DNA of 64,000 nt, taken from the NCBI GenBank assembly GCA_017383485.1, contig JAFNXM010000027.1, positions 64,739-128,738 on the forward strand, read 5' to 3'. The notes under the pieces were generated by a model. It did no database searches, was not told where the DNA came from, and saw nothing but the letters and a program-made list of their open reading frames with translations. Both the position numbers and the translations under genes were made by a program. Of the stretch, positions 28,675 through 38,514 are shown one piece after another. Within the stretch, counting starts at the first letter, position 1. Every line of letters begins with the position of its first letter. Source of the stretch: Bacteroidaceae bacterium. GTDB lineage: Bacteria > Bacteroidota > Bacteroidia > Bacteroidales > Bacteroidaceae.

Positions 28675-31494
28675 TTATAACTTTTGCTTAACAGCGATTT
28701 CCTGGAAGGTTTCGATGATATCGCCTTCCTTGATATCGTTGCAGTTGGCAAGGCTAATACCGCACTCGAAGTTTGTAGTTACTTCCTTGACGTCGTCCTT
28801 GAAGCGCTTCAATGCTTGGATTTCGCCTGTGAAGATGACAATACCATCGCGGATCAGACGTGCCTTGTCGGTGCGCTTCACCTTACCGTCGATGACGTAA
28901 GCACCGGCTACGTAGCCCACCTTAGAGATGTGGTAAACCTGACGTACTTCGACTGTAGCGGTCATTTCTTCTCTCATCACTGGTTCGAGCATACCTTCCA
29001 TAGCTTCCTTAGCTTCTTCGATAGCGTCATAGATGATAGAGTATTGACGGATTTCTACACCTTCGCGGTCTGCCAAACGACGTGCGCCTTGGCTAGGACG
29101 AACTTGGAAACCTACGATGACAGCTTGAGAAGCTGCTGCGAGGGTAACGTCGTTCTCGGTGATTTGTCCCACGCCTTTGTGGATCACGTTGACGTTGATT
29201 GTTTCGGTCGAGAGCTTGATGAACGAGTCGGCCAAAGCTTCCACTGAACCGTCCACGTCACCTTTGACAACGATATTGAGTTCCTTGTAAGTACCCAAAG
29301 CGATACGGCGACCGATTTCGTCGAGTGTGAGGATCTTTTGAGTACGCAGGCTTTGCTCGCGTTGGAGTTGTTCGCGCTTGTTGGCGATTTCGCGTGCTTC
29401 CTGTTCGCTGCTCATCACGTTGAACTGGTCACCTGCTTGTGGTGCGCCGTTGAAACCGAGCAATGTTGCTGCTTGTGAAGGACCAACCTCCTTGACGCGC
29501 TGATTACGTTCGTTGAAGAGCGCTTTGACACGACCATAGTTGGTACCAGCTACGACCACGTCGCCTTGGCGCAAAGTACCGTTTGACACGAGTACTGTAG
29601 CCACGTAACCACGTCCCTTGTCGAGCGAAGATTCAATGACTGTACCCACAGCATTTCTATTGGGGTTAGCCTTGAGTTCGAGCATTTCGGCTTCAAGCAA
29701 GACCTTTTCCAACAGTTCCGACACGCCGATACCTTGCTTCGCCGAGATATCTTGGCTTTGATACTTACCGCCCCAATCTTCTACGAGGAAGTTCATCGCA
29801 GCAAGCGATTCCTTGATCTTATCTGGGTTGGCTGTAGGTTTGTCGACTTTGTTGATAGCAAACACAATAGGTACATTGGCTGCTACAGCGTGGTTGATCG
29901 CTTCCTTGGTTTGAGGCATGATGTTGTCATCTGCTGCAATGATGATGATAGCAATATCTGTAACCTGAGCACCACGTGCACGCATCGCAGTAAATGCTTC
30001 GTGACCTGGAGTATCAAGGAAAGTGATGTGGCGACCACCGTCGAGTGTCACATTGTAAGCACCGATGTGCTGAGTGATACCACCTGCTTCACCGGCAATA
30101 ACGTTTGCCTTGCGGATATAGTCGAGCAGAGATGTTTTACCATGGTCTACGTGACCCATCACTGTCACGATTGGTGCGCGAGGCAGGAGATCTTCTTCGT
30201 TGTCTTCTTCCACAGCGATAGCCTCTTGCACATCAGCAGAGATATATTCGGTCTTGAAACCGAACTCATCTGCCACGATGTCGATAGTTTCTGCATCGAG
30301 GCGTTGGTTAATACTTACCATGATGCCGATACTCATACATGTACCGATGACTTGTGTCACGGGCACATCCATCATGTTGGCCAATTCGTTAGCAGTCACA
30401 AATTCTGTCAACTTAAGGATTTTGCTTTCTGCCTTTTCTTCCAGGCGTTGTTCCTCTTGTTGCGCACGAACTTGCTCACGCTTTTCCTTGCGGTATTTAG
30501 CACCCTTAGACGCCTTGTTCTTGTTGGTGAGGCGTGCGAGGGTTTCTTTTACTTGCTTTGCTACGTCTTCGTCAGAAACTTCAGGTTTCACCACTGGCGC
30601 TGGCTTACGGTTGCGATCTTTGCCGCGACCTTGTGCGTTTTTGCCATTAGGTTGTCCGCCTTGGTTTTGCTTTTGTTTTTGACCAGCGCCGCCTTGTTGG
30701 TTAGCAGCAGCATTGACGTCCACTTTTTCCTTGCCGATGCGGTTGCGTTTCTTCTTTTCGCCGCCTTGTCCGCCGCCTTGGTTTTGCTTGATCTTTTCTT
30801 CTCTTTCCTTACGCTTTTCTTCCTTAGTTTTCTTCTTAGGACGTGTGTTCGAATTGATAGAAGAGAGGTCGATAGTACCGAGTACTTTTGGCGCAGCTAT
30901 TTCTTCCTTTTGATGGAGTCTGAATACGCCATCATTTTCCTCGCCAATTGCTTTAGCACGTTCTTCCACCGAGGGTTTTTCTTTTGCCTTGGGTTGAGCG
31001 GGTGCTTCTTCTTTTTTAGCAGGTGCTGGTGCGGGTTGCGCAGGCTTTTCAGGAGCGGGAGCAGGCGTTGCTTTCTTTTCTTCCGCCTTAGGTTCCTTTA
31101 CCTTAGGTTCGGTCACGACTTCAGCCTTAGGTTCGGGTTTTGGTTCAGGCTTCACTTCTGCCACAGGTTCCTTAGCCTTGGGCGCGGGATTCAAGTCGAT
31201 AGAGCCCTTCACCACTACTTGTGGGCGAAGATCTTCGGGCACCTTTGTTTCGATCACTTCGGCTGCTGCCTTTTTCTCTACCTTTTCTTTTTGTCTACTT
31301 TGAAGCATTTTTTCTGCTTCGTTGCGCAAGTCTTTGTCTGCGCCGAACTCTTTACGCAACAATTCGTATTGTTCGTCAGAGATCTTTTCACTGGGCGACG
31401 CGTTTACGGTATGTCCTTTTTTGGCAAGGAAATCTACCAGTGTTTGCAAGCCCACGTTGAATTCTTTGATTACTTTATTTAATCTAATACTCAT
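28675..31494 (-). CDS. infB: translation initiation factor IF-2
   Basis: MSIRLNKV start, [37 protein letters not shown]. Confidence 0.97.
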   Translation of the reverse strand: MSIRLNKVIKEFNVGLQTLVDFLAKKGHTVNASPSEKISDEQYELLRKEFGADKDLRNEAEKMLQSRQKEKVEKKAAAEVIETKVPEDLRPQVVVKGSIDLNPAPKAKEPVAEVKPEPKPEPKAEVVTEPKVKEPKAEEKKATPAPAPEKPAQPAPAPAKKEEAPAQPKAKEKPSVEERAKAIGEENDGVFRLHQKEEIAAPKVLGTIDLSSINSNTRPKKKTKEEKRKEREEKIKQNQGGGQGGEKKKRNRIGKEKVDVNAAANQQGGAGQKQKQNQGGQPNGKNAQGRGKDRNRKPAPVVKPEVSDEDVAKQVKETLARLTNKNKASKGAKYRKEKREQVRAQQEEQRLEEKAESKILKLTEFVTANELANMMDVPVTQVIGTCMSIGIMVSINQRLDAETIDIVADEFGFKTEYISADVQEAIAVEEDNEEDLLPRAPIVTVMGHVDHGKTSLLDYIRKANVIAGEAGGITQHIGAYNVTLDGGRHITFLDTPGHEAFTAMRARGAQVTDIAIIIIAADDNIMPQTKEAINHAVAANVPIVFAINKVDKPTANPDKIKESLAAMNFLVEDWGGKYQSQDISAKQGIGVSELLEKVLLEAEMLELKANPNRNAVGTVIESSLDKGRGYVATVLVSNGTLRQGDVVVAGTNYGRVKALFNERNQRVKEVGPSQAATLLGFNGAPQAGDQFNVMSSEQEAREIANKREQLQREQSLRTQKILTLDEIGRRIALGTYKELNIVVKGDVDGSVEALADSFIKLSTETINVNVIHKGVGQITENDVTLAAASQAVIVGFQVRPSQGARRLADREGVEIRQYSIIYDAIEEAKEAMEGMLEPVMREEMTATVEVRQVYHISKVGYVAGAYVIDGKVKRTDKARLIRDGIVIFTGEIQALKRFKDDVKEVTTNFECGISLANCNDIKEGDIIETFQEIAVKQKL

Positions 31495-31601
31495 TCTCGT
31501 TTGTGTAAGTTTTTTGTTTGTGATAGTGCGATGGCGGTGAGTCCCTGGATGGTGTACTCTCCTGTCCATCCCCTCTCACTGCGCTTTCTGCTTGTTTCTT
31601 A

Positions 31602-32861
31602 TTAGTCTTCGAATTCGGCGCGGAGGATATTCAGCACTTCGTCTACGGTATCTTCTTCCAAGTCTGCCTTTTCGATAAGCATTTCACGTGGAGCGTTGAG
31701 TACATCTTTTGCGGTTTCCAAACCGAGTGATTTGATAGCATCGATTACCCATTGATCGATTTCGTCGGAGAATTCGTTCAAGTAGATATCATCTTCGTCT
31801 TCATCGCCTTCTACTTCGCGATAGACGTCGATGGTGAATTCGGTGAGCATAGAAGCGAGCTTGATATTCATACCTCCCTTACCGATAGCCAAAGACACTT
31901 CTTCGGGACGGAGGTAAACATCAGCCTTGTGTTCTTCTTCGTTAAGCTGGATGCTTGATACTTGAGCAGGACTCAAGGCACGTTGGATCAAGAGTTGAGG
32001 TTTGTTGGTGTAATTGATAACGTCGATATTTTCGTTGTTCAATTCGCGCACGATGCCGTGGATACGTGCACCCTTCACGCCGACACAAGCGCCTACGGGG
32101 TCGATGCGTTCGTCGTAGCTTTCCACTGCTATTTTTGCTCTCTCACCTGGGATGCGTGCGATGCGGTGTACGTTGATCAAGCCGTCGGCAATTTCTGGAA
32201 TTTCTGCTTCGAGCAAACGACGCAGGAACATGGGCGAGGTACGGCTCAAATAGATCTTTGGATTACCATTGGTATTGTCTACGCGATCGATCACGGCGCG
32301 TACGGTGTCACCCTTGTGGAAGAAATCGCGTGGGATCTGTTGTGATTTTGGCAACAGCAATTCGTTGTTTTCATCATCCATCAGGAGGGTTTCGTTCTTC
32401 CAAGTTTGATATACCTCTGCTGCGATGATTTCGCCCACACGGTCCTTATATTTATTATAGAGTGCATCGTGTTCGAGTTCGAGGATCTTGCTTGCCAGGG
32501 TCTGACGCAATTGCAAGATAGCGCGACGGCCGAACTTAGCGAAGTTGATTTCTTCACTCACTTCTTCGCCTACTTCATAGTCGGGGTCGATTTGTTGTGC
32601 TTCGCTCAGCGAAATTTGCTTCAACTCGTCGGTCACTTCGTCGTCTGCTACGACTTCGCGGTTGCGATAGATTTCGAAGTCGCCCTTGTCGGGGTTTACG
32701 ATTACGTCGAAGTTTTCGTCCGAGCCAAAGAGCTTAGCGATTACGCCACGAAAACTTTCCTCCAACACACCGACCATAGTTGTGCGGTCGATATTCTTGG
32801 TTTCCTTGAATTCCGAGAAGGTGTCGATCAAACTTACCAACTCATCTTTTTTCTTTGCCAT
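31602..32861 (-). CDS. nusA: transcription termination factor NusA
   Basis: RIPGERAKIAV, DPVGACVG, LAIGKGGMNIKLA. Confidence 0.97.
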   Translation of the reverse strand: MAKKKDELVSLIDTFSEFKETKNIDRTTMVGVLEESFRGVIAKLFGSDENFDVIVNPDKGDFEIYRNREVVADDEVTDELKQISLSEAQQIDPDYEVGEEVSEEINFAKFGRRAILQLRQTLASKILELEHDALYNKYKDRVGEIIAAEVYQTWKNETLLMDDENNELLLPKSQQIPRDFFHKGDTVRAVIDRVDNTNGNPKIYLSRTSPMFLRRLLEAEIPEIADGLINVHRIARIPGERAKIAVESYDERIDPVGACVGVKGARIHGIVRELNNENIDVINYTNKPQLLIQRALSPAQVSSIQLNEEEHKADVYLRPEEVSLAIGKGGMNIKLASMLTEFTIDVYREVEGDEDEDDIYLNEFSDEIDQWVIDAIKSLGLETAKDVLNAPREMLIEKADLEEDTVDEVLNILRAEFED

Positions 32862-33021
32862 AATATATTTTGTTTTTTGTTTTGTCTATGTAAAGTTATC
32901 CTGCAAAGTGCATCATTGGCACCAGACACAGGATAAGCGCAGACAAGGCCCAAGCAAATAGTCCGTCCTATCGTCGTCGACAGACCAGTTTACTCGTCTC
33001 CCGGCCTACTTCTTCACTTGG

Positions 33022-33489
33022 TTATTTGAAATCTATCAAATACTTAGTCCACTTCACGTCGGCATAAGCAAAGGTTTTGTCCACGTCTACCAATTTTGGA
33101 CGCTTCGCACCCTCTTCCTTTACCTTTTCTTGTACAGTCACGACGAATTTTTCAGCATCTACTTCCTTCAGCGTGCCGACAAATTTCTTGCCATCGTTGG
33201 CCAGGACTTCTACCTGTTCGCCCACGTGGATTTCGTACTGGCGGAGCACCTTGAAGGGTTGACCTATGCCGGCGCTGCCTACTTCCAATTCGAAATCTTC
33301 AGCATCGCGATCCAAATGAGACTCTATGAAACGGCTCAGTTCCACACAGTCTTCGATCCACACACCTTCTTCGTGGTCGATTTCCACTACGATACGATTG
33401 TCTGTACTAATGGTGATGTCGGTCAGGAAATACTCTTTTCCTTCCAACCACTCTTCAACGTAATTTTTTACTAAGTTTTTTTCTATCAT
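33022..33489 (-). CDS. rimP: ribosome maturation factor RimP
   Basis: GVWIEDCVELSR, FELEVGSAG; first gene of rimP-nusA-infB. Confidence 0.95.
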   Translation of the reverse strand: MIEKNLVKNYVEEWLEGKEYFLTDITISTDNRIVVEIDHEEGVWIEDCVELSRFIESHLDRDAEDFELEVGSAGIGQPFKVLRQYEIHVGEQVEVLANDGKKFVGTLKEVDAEKFVVTVQEKVKEEGAKRPKLVDVDKTFAYADVKWTKYLIDFK

Positions 33490-33503
33490 TCTGCTTGATA
33501 CTT

Positions 33504-33556
33504 AAAAACAAGTGAGGAACTTTTTCAAGCCCCTCACTCTAACCGATGCAAAGATA
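33504..33556 (-). promoter_or_regulatory. rimP promoter with terminator-like 5' leader hairpin
   Basis: TATCTTTG (33549-33556), then AGTGAGGGGCTT-GAAA-AAGTTCCTCACT-TGTTTTT ending 14 nt before the ATG. Confidence 0.7.
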
Positions 33557-33717
33557 AGTACTTTTTGCATAAAAAACCAAGTTTATAATAAAAAAATACG
33601 CATCTTTTCGCAAAAAAGTCATTTCTAATGTCACACGGGGCTTTCAAATATCCATTTTTCGCCCTCGCATTTTAAGTTTATTTATGTTTTTTTAAGAATT
33701 CAGAAAGACATTTTCTG

Positions 33718-33844
33718 TCGCAGGTTTCGCCTTTTTCAAAAAAGTCAAGGCCTTGTGAAAATTATCCTAGACCTTTTTCGCACAACCTTAGACCTTTTTC
33801 AAATTATCTTAGACCTTTTTCACCACGAAACGTCGCGAAATTTT
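33718..33844. repeat. 21-bp unit array 5
   Basis: 33739 aaaaagtcaaggccttgtgaa / 33760 aattatcctagacctttttcg / 33781 cacaaccttagacctttttca / 33802 aattatcttagacctttttca / 33824 cacgaaacgtcgcgaaatttt (one 1-nt slip). Confidence 0.9.
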
Positions 33845-33859
33845 CGCCATTTTTAGGGC

Positions 33860-33940
33860 AAAAATAAAGGGATAAAGCCCATTCGAGCCTTATCCCTACT
33901 TCGTAGTACAAAGATAGCACTTTTTTGTGTAAAAGCCAAA
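33860..33940 (-). ncRNA. promoter plus ~45-nt hairpin/terminator micro-transcript, copy 2
   Basis: Minus strand: TTTGG..TATCTTTG-TACTACGAAGT-AGGGATAAGGCTC-GAAT-GGGCTTTATCCCT-TTATTTT. Confidence 0.5.
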
Positions 33941-34177
33941 TCTCCTTTTAAGGAATTTTAAGAATTCAGTACCTTCATTTTAACATTTCGCCACAACATC
34001 AAATACGGGGTATTTTTCGCAAACGACAGTGGCATTTTTCAACCCCAGTGAGCATCTATCTCCTCTTTTCATACGATTTCGCTAATTTCTTAGAAATTAA
34101 TTTTGCTTTCCGCTCTCATTTTGCTATCTTCGCCAAGAAATAACTATTGCATTTGCACAACAAAAATCAAATCAAAT

Positions 34178-35839
34178 ATGAAAACAGACCTCGAAATTGC
34201 TCACAGCACGACGCTGAAAAACATCGACGAAGTAGCCGCAACCATGCAAATCCCTACCGACGAGCTGGAACACTATGGCAAGTATATCGCAAAACTGCCC
34301 TTGCACCTGATGAAGGAACAGAAGGGTAAATTGATCCTTGTGACCGCGATCACAGCAACACGTGCCGGCATCGGCAAGACTACGGTTTCGATCGGCCTTG
34401 CCTTGGGTCTGAACAAGATTGGCAGACGTGCTGTCGTGGCGCTGCGCGAACCTTCGCTCGGTCCCTGCTTCGGCATGAAGGGCGGTGCTGCCGGCGGTGG
34501 CTATGCTCAGGTGTTGCCGATGGAAAAGATCAACTTGCACTTCACAGGCGACTTCCACGCTATCACATCTGCCCACAATATGATCGCAGCCTTGCTGGAC
34601 AATTACCTCTATCAACACGAAGCGGAAGGTTTCGGACTGAAGGAAATCCTGTGGCGCCGTGTGCTCGACGTGAACGACCGCTCATTGCGTAGCATCGTTA
34701 CGGGTCTGGGCCCTGCGACCAATGGTATCACCCAACAAGCAGGCTTCGACATCACACCGGCTTCGGAATTGATGGCGATCCTTTGTCTTGCCAACGATGA
34801 AGCTGACCTGCGCCGCCGCGTGGAAAACATCCTGCTCGGTTATACTTACGAAGGCAAACCTTTCACAGTGAAAGATCTCGGCGCAGCTGGTTCGGTGATG
34901 GTATTGCTCAAGGATGCTATCCAGCCCAACTTGGTGCAAACTACCGAGAATACACCTGCTATCGTACACGGTGGACCATTTGCCAACATTGCCCACGGTT
35001 GCAACTCAATCTTCGCAACCAAGATGGCACTGGCCAATAGCGAATATACGATTACCGAGGCGGGCTTCGGCGCAGACCTTGGTGCGGAAAAATTCTACAA
35101 TATCCTCTGCCGCAAGAGTGGCTTGCAACCCGACCTGACCGTGATCGTGGCGACAGCACAAGGCTTGAAGATGCACGGCGGTGTAGACTTGGACAAAATC
35201 AAAGAGCCCAATATGGACGGTCTGCGTACTGGTCTGGCTAACTTGGACCGCCACGTACAAAACCTGCGTGGTTTCGGTCAATCTGTAGTAGTGGTGTTCA
35301 ACCGCTTTGCTACGGATACTGACGAAGAAATGGCACTCCTGCGCCAGCACTGCGAAGAAGATTTGGGCTTGCCGTTCGTGATTAATAACGCTTTCGCACT
35401 TGGTGGCGAGGGTGCAGTGGAAATGGCACACGTCGTAGAACAAGCTATCCAAAACAACCCCTCTGCGCCGTTGCAATTCACCTACAACGACGACGACAAT
35501 ATTCGCACAAAAATCGAAAAGGTGGCTAAGACCATCTATGGCGCCGACGGTATCGACATTGCTCCTGCGGCAATGAAGCGCATCAAGTTGGCTGAAGAAC
35601 ATGGTATGTCGCAATTCCCCGTATGTATCGCCAAGACACAATTCTCGTTCTCGGGCGATGCCAAGAAGTACGGTGTAGCGACAGGCTTCCGCTTGCAAAT
35701 CAAAGATGTCGTGCTCAATGCTGGTGCAGAAATGATCGTGGCAATCGCAGGCGATATCCTCCGTATGCCAGGTCTGCCCAAGGTGCCACAAGCCAACCAT
35801 ATCGACTTCGTGGACGGCGAAATCGTAGGTTTGAGTTAA
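34178..35839 (+). CDS. fhs: formate--tetrahydrofolate ligase
   Basis: [57 protein letters not shown]. Confidence 0.97.
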   Translation: MKTDLEIAHSTTLKNIDEVAATMQIPTDELEHYGKYIAKLPLHLMKEQKGKLILVTAITATRAGIGKTTVSIGLALGLNKIGRRAVVALREPSLGPCFGMKGGAAGGGYAQVLPMEKINLHFTGDFHAITSAHNMIAALLDNYLYQHEAEGFGLKEILWRRVLDVNDRSLRSIVTGLGPATNGITQQAGFDITPASELMAILCLANDEADLRRRVENILLGYTYEGKPFTVKDLGAAGSVMVLLKDAIQPNLVQTTENTPAIVHGGPFANIAHGCNSIFATKMALANSEYTITEAGFGADLGAEKFYNILCRKSGLQPDLTVIVATAQGLKMHGGVDLDKIKEPNMDGLRTGLANLDRHVQNLRGFGQSVVVVFNRFATDTDEEMALLRQHCEEDLGLPFVINNAFALGGEGAVEMAHVVEQAIQNNPSAPLQFTYNDDDNIRTKIEKVAKTIYGADGIDIAPAAMKRIKLAEEHGMSQFPVCIAKTQFSFSGDAKKYGVATGFRLQIKDVVLNAGAEMIVAIAGDILRMPGLPKVPQANHIDFVDGEIVGLS

Positions 35840-35950
35840 ACCTGCGGCTTTCGTAACTAAGCTAGAAGCGGCTTTCTTCAACCCAAAGAAGTTGTTTTCT
35901 CCGACTCACAGAAGCGACATCCAACTACAATTAGACAAGCGCTACGGTTT

Positions 35951-37189
35951 ATGGGACTTTCATTAACCTTCCCTGAAAAACTTCGTGCAACAATCACTCT
36001 CCCTGGTTCGAAGAGTATTGCTGCACGAGCGCTCATTTTGTCCGCCCTCTCGGGTGGGCGACAGGTGCTCAACTTGTCTGACTGCGACGATACACAAGCG
36101 CTGCTCAAAGCCTTGACACACGACACAGAAATCGTTGACATCGGCGCAGCAGGTACGGCGATGCGTTTTCTGACTGCCTACTTTGCGACACAAAGCGGGA
36201 CTCAGCATTTACTCACCGGGACAGAGCGCATGCAGCAGCGGCCCATTTCTATATTAGTAGAAGCCCTGCAGACACTGGGCGCCGACATCACCTACACAGG
36301 TCAGGTGGGCTATCCACCGCTCCTGATTAAAGGCAAAGATATCCAGGGCGGCGAGGTGCGACTCTCTGCCGAAGTGAGTTCACAATACATCTCGGCGCTA
36401 CTGATGGTGGGGCCCATGCTACGAGACGGACTCCGCTTGCAATTGGAAGGCACCATTGCGTCACGCCCCTACATCGAAATGACGCTGGGACTGATGCGCG
36501 AATTTGGCGCCAAGGCCTCGTGGACCGACGCCAAGACCATTTGCGTAGCACCCGGCGGCTATTCTCGCACGGCCGAGTTCGTCGTAGAACCAGATTGGAG
36601 CGCGGCGTCCTATTGGTACGAGATGGTGGCACTGAGCAACGATGCTGAAGCAGAAATCCACTTGCCCTACTTACGAGCAGAAAGTTTGCAGGGCGACAGC
36701 GTGGTGAAAGATTTATTCCATCACTTGGGCGTCGACACACGCTTTGATAGCGAAGGAGCAACCTTGACCAAGACGGCATTTTCGCCTACCTCAACAACAT
36801 GGGAAGTAGACTTTTCGCAATTCCCCGACTTGGCGCAAACATTTGTCGTCACCTGCGCAATACTGGGTCAACCCTTCCACTTCACAGGTCTGCAAAGTTT
36901 GCGCATCAAGGAGACCGACCGCATCGCAGCCCTGGTGGCGGAGCTGGGCAAACTGGGCATTACGCTAGAAGCTGAAGCCTCTTCTATCGCTTATCAACCG
37001 CAACAGCAAAAGTCCGCCGCACTGGCGCAACCAGAAATTGCCACCTACGAAGACCATCGGATGGCGATGTGCATAGCTCCCTGCGCGATGCGACAACCTG
37101 GGTTCAAAATCCTACACCCCGAGGTGGTCAACAAATCTTATCCCACCTTTTGGGAGGATTTGCAACGGGTCGGCGTGATTTTACAATAA
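35951..37189 (+). CDS. aroA: 3-phosphoshikimate 1-carboxyvinyltransferase
   Basis: LPGSKS, GAAGTAMRF, SSQYISAL, KETDRI, DHRMAM, KSYP.FW. Confidence 0.96.
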   Translation: MGLSLTFPEKLRATITLPGSKSIAARALILSALSGGRQVLNLSDCDDTQALLKALTHDTEIVDIGAAGTAMRFLTAYFATQSGTQHLLTGTERMQQRPISILVEALQTLGADITYTGQVGYPPLLIKGKDIQGGEVRLSAEVSSQYISALLMVGPMLRDGLRLQLEGTIASRPYIEMTLGLMREFGAKASWTDAKTICVAPGGYSRTAEFVVEPDWSAASYWYEMVALSNDAEAEIHLPYLRAESLQGDSVVKDLFHHLGVDTRFDSEGATLTKTAFSPTSTTWEVDFSQFPDLAQTFVVTCAILGQPFHFTGLQSLRIKETDRIAALVAELGKLGITLEAEASSIAYQPQQQKSAALAQPEIATYEDHRMAMCIAPCAMRQPGFKILHPEVVNKSYPTFWEDLQRVGVILQ

Positions 37190-37244
37190 TATTTTCCGCA
37201 TAAACCTCATACAATAGCAACATACTCTCACAGCAATAGCATTT

Positions 37245-37685
37245 ATGAAGATACTCATCCTACTCCTCGTTGTCTTGTGCGTCGTAGCCTTCGTCGCAGG
37301 GCTCATACGTAACCATATCAATCGCCAGAAAGTGGAAAGCGGCGAACTGGAACGTATGCCCGAGATACAATCTGCTCCGGCGGACGGCTGTTGCGGTCAA
37401 CACGAGACGTGCGAAAAGGAAAGTTTGCTGGCAGCCGTTTCGAAAGACGTAGAATACTACGAGGACGAAGAACTCGACGCCTTCCGCGGCGTACCCTCCG
37501 ACGCCTTCACCGATGAAGTAACAGACCAATTTCGCGAAGTGCTTTACACTATGCGCAGCACAGAAGTGGCAGGATGGGTGAGGTCTTTGCATCTGCGCGG
37601 TATCGAACTGCCCGATGGCATCAAGGACGAGGTAATTATGATCGTAGGTGAACTGCGTGAATCCGGACAAGCACATAAATTATAA
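37245..37685 (+). CDS. conserved membrane-anchored protein with CCGxHxxCE motif
   Basis: N-terminal TM, CCGQHETCEK, YYEDEELD, WVRSL..RGIELP. Confidence 0.75.
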   Translation: MKILILLLVVLCVVAFVAGLIRNHINRQKVESGELERMPEIQSAPADGCCGQHETCEKESLLAAVSKDVEYYEDEELDAFRGVPSDAFTDEVTDQFREVLYTMRSTEVAGWVRSLHLRGIELPDGIKDEVIMIVGELRESGQAHKL

Positions 37686-37701
37686 TATCCGTTCGCAAAT
37701 T

Positions 37702-38514
37702 ATGATACTCACTCACACTTTCTTCCAGCATGCTTTGCTCGGAGCGCTATTGGCTTCGATGCTTTGCGCGATGATAGGCACATATGTCGTGACACGGCGC
37801 ATGGTCATCATGGGAGGAGGTATTGCGCATGCTTCTTTAGGCGGTGTAGGCCTTGGCGCCTACTTTGGTTTCTCGCCGCTACTGGGTGCGACAGGATTTG
37901 CCCTGCTCTCGGGCTTCGCCATCGAGGGTTTGTCGCGTCGATACGTTCGCGAGGATTCCGCCATTGCCATGTTGTGGACACTAGGTATGAGCATTGGTAT
38001 CCTAGCCGTATATTTGACGCCAGGATTTATGACGGATTTGCCACTCTATCTCTTCGGCGATATACTTTCTATCAGCAAGATGGATTTATATCTGACTGGC
38101 GCGCTCACACTCGTTTGCGGCGCAGTATTTTCCCTACTCTCGTCCACAATTATCGCCGTAGCGTACGACCGCGACTTTGCCCGCACACAAGGGCTCCCCG
38201 TCCAGTGGATAGAAACCTTGATGATTTCGCTCACATGTCTCACCATTGTGGCATGCCTTCAGATGGTGGGCATAGTCTTAGTAATCTCTTTGCTCTCAGT
38301 TCCCCAAAGCACAGCAGGACTATTCGTCCGCTCGTTCCGAGGAATGATCTTCGGTTCATTTATCGCTGCCCTTGTGGCCTGCGTCGGCGGATTGTGGCTA
38401 TCATACCTGCTCAATTTGCCCTGTGGTCCTACTATTATATTATTATCTATACTCGGCTATTTCGTTTGCCGCACAATAAAAGCACTAACACCTCGTTTTA
38501 AAAAGATAGCGTGA
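37702..38514 (+). CDS. Zn/Mn ABC transporter permease (ZnuB-like)
   Basis: GTYVVTRR..GGIAHASLGG, YLFGDIL, VGIVLVISLL. Confidence 0.9.
   Translation: MILTHTFFQHALLGALLASMLCAMIGTYVVTRRMVIMGGGIAHASLGGVGLGAYFGFSPLLGATGFALLSGFAIEGLSRRYVREDSAIAMLWTLGMSIGILAVYLTPGFMTDLPLYLFGDILSISKMDLYLTGALTLVCGAVFSLLSSTIIAVAYDRDFARTQGLPVQWIETLMISLTCLTIVACLQMVGIVLVISLLSVPQSTAGLFVRSFRGMIFGSFIAALVACVGGLWLSYLLNLPCGPTIILLSILGYFVCRTIKALTPRFKKIA

Noticed and set aside
29734-31482. 582-aa + strand ORF (also 26334-27599, 53171-54202, 35006-35881, 1095-1955)
   Set aside because: Antisense shadows of infB, sufB, glyQS, fhs and cysD caused by codon bias; no protein motifs.
31481-31494. infB start sharing AGTATTAGATT with the duplicated sRNA
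   Set aside because: Same-sense 11-nt match, so it cannot base-pair; likely chance.
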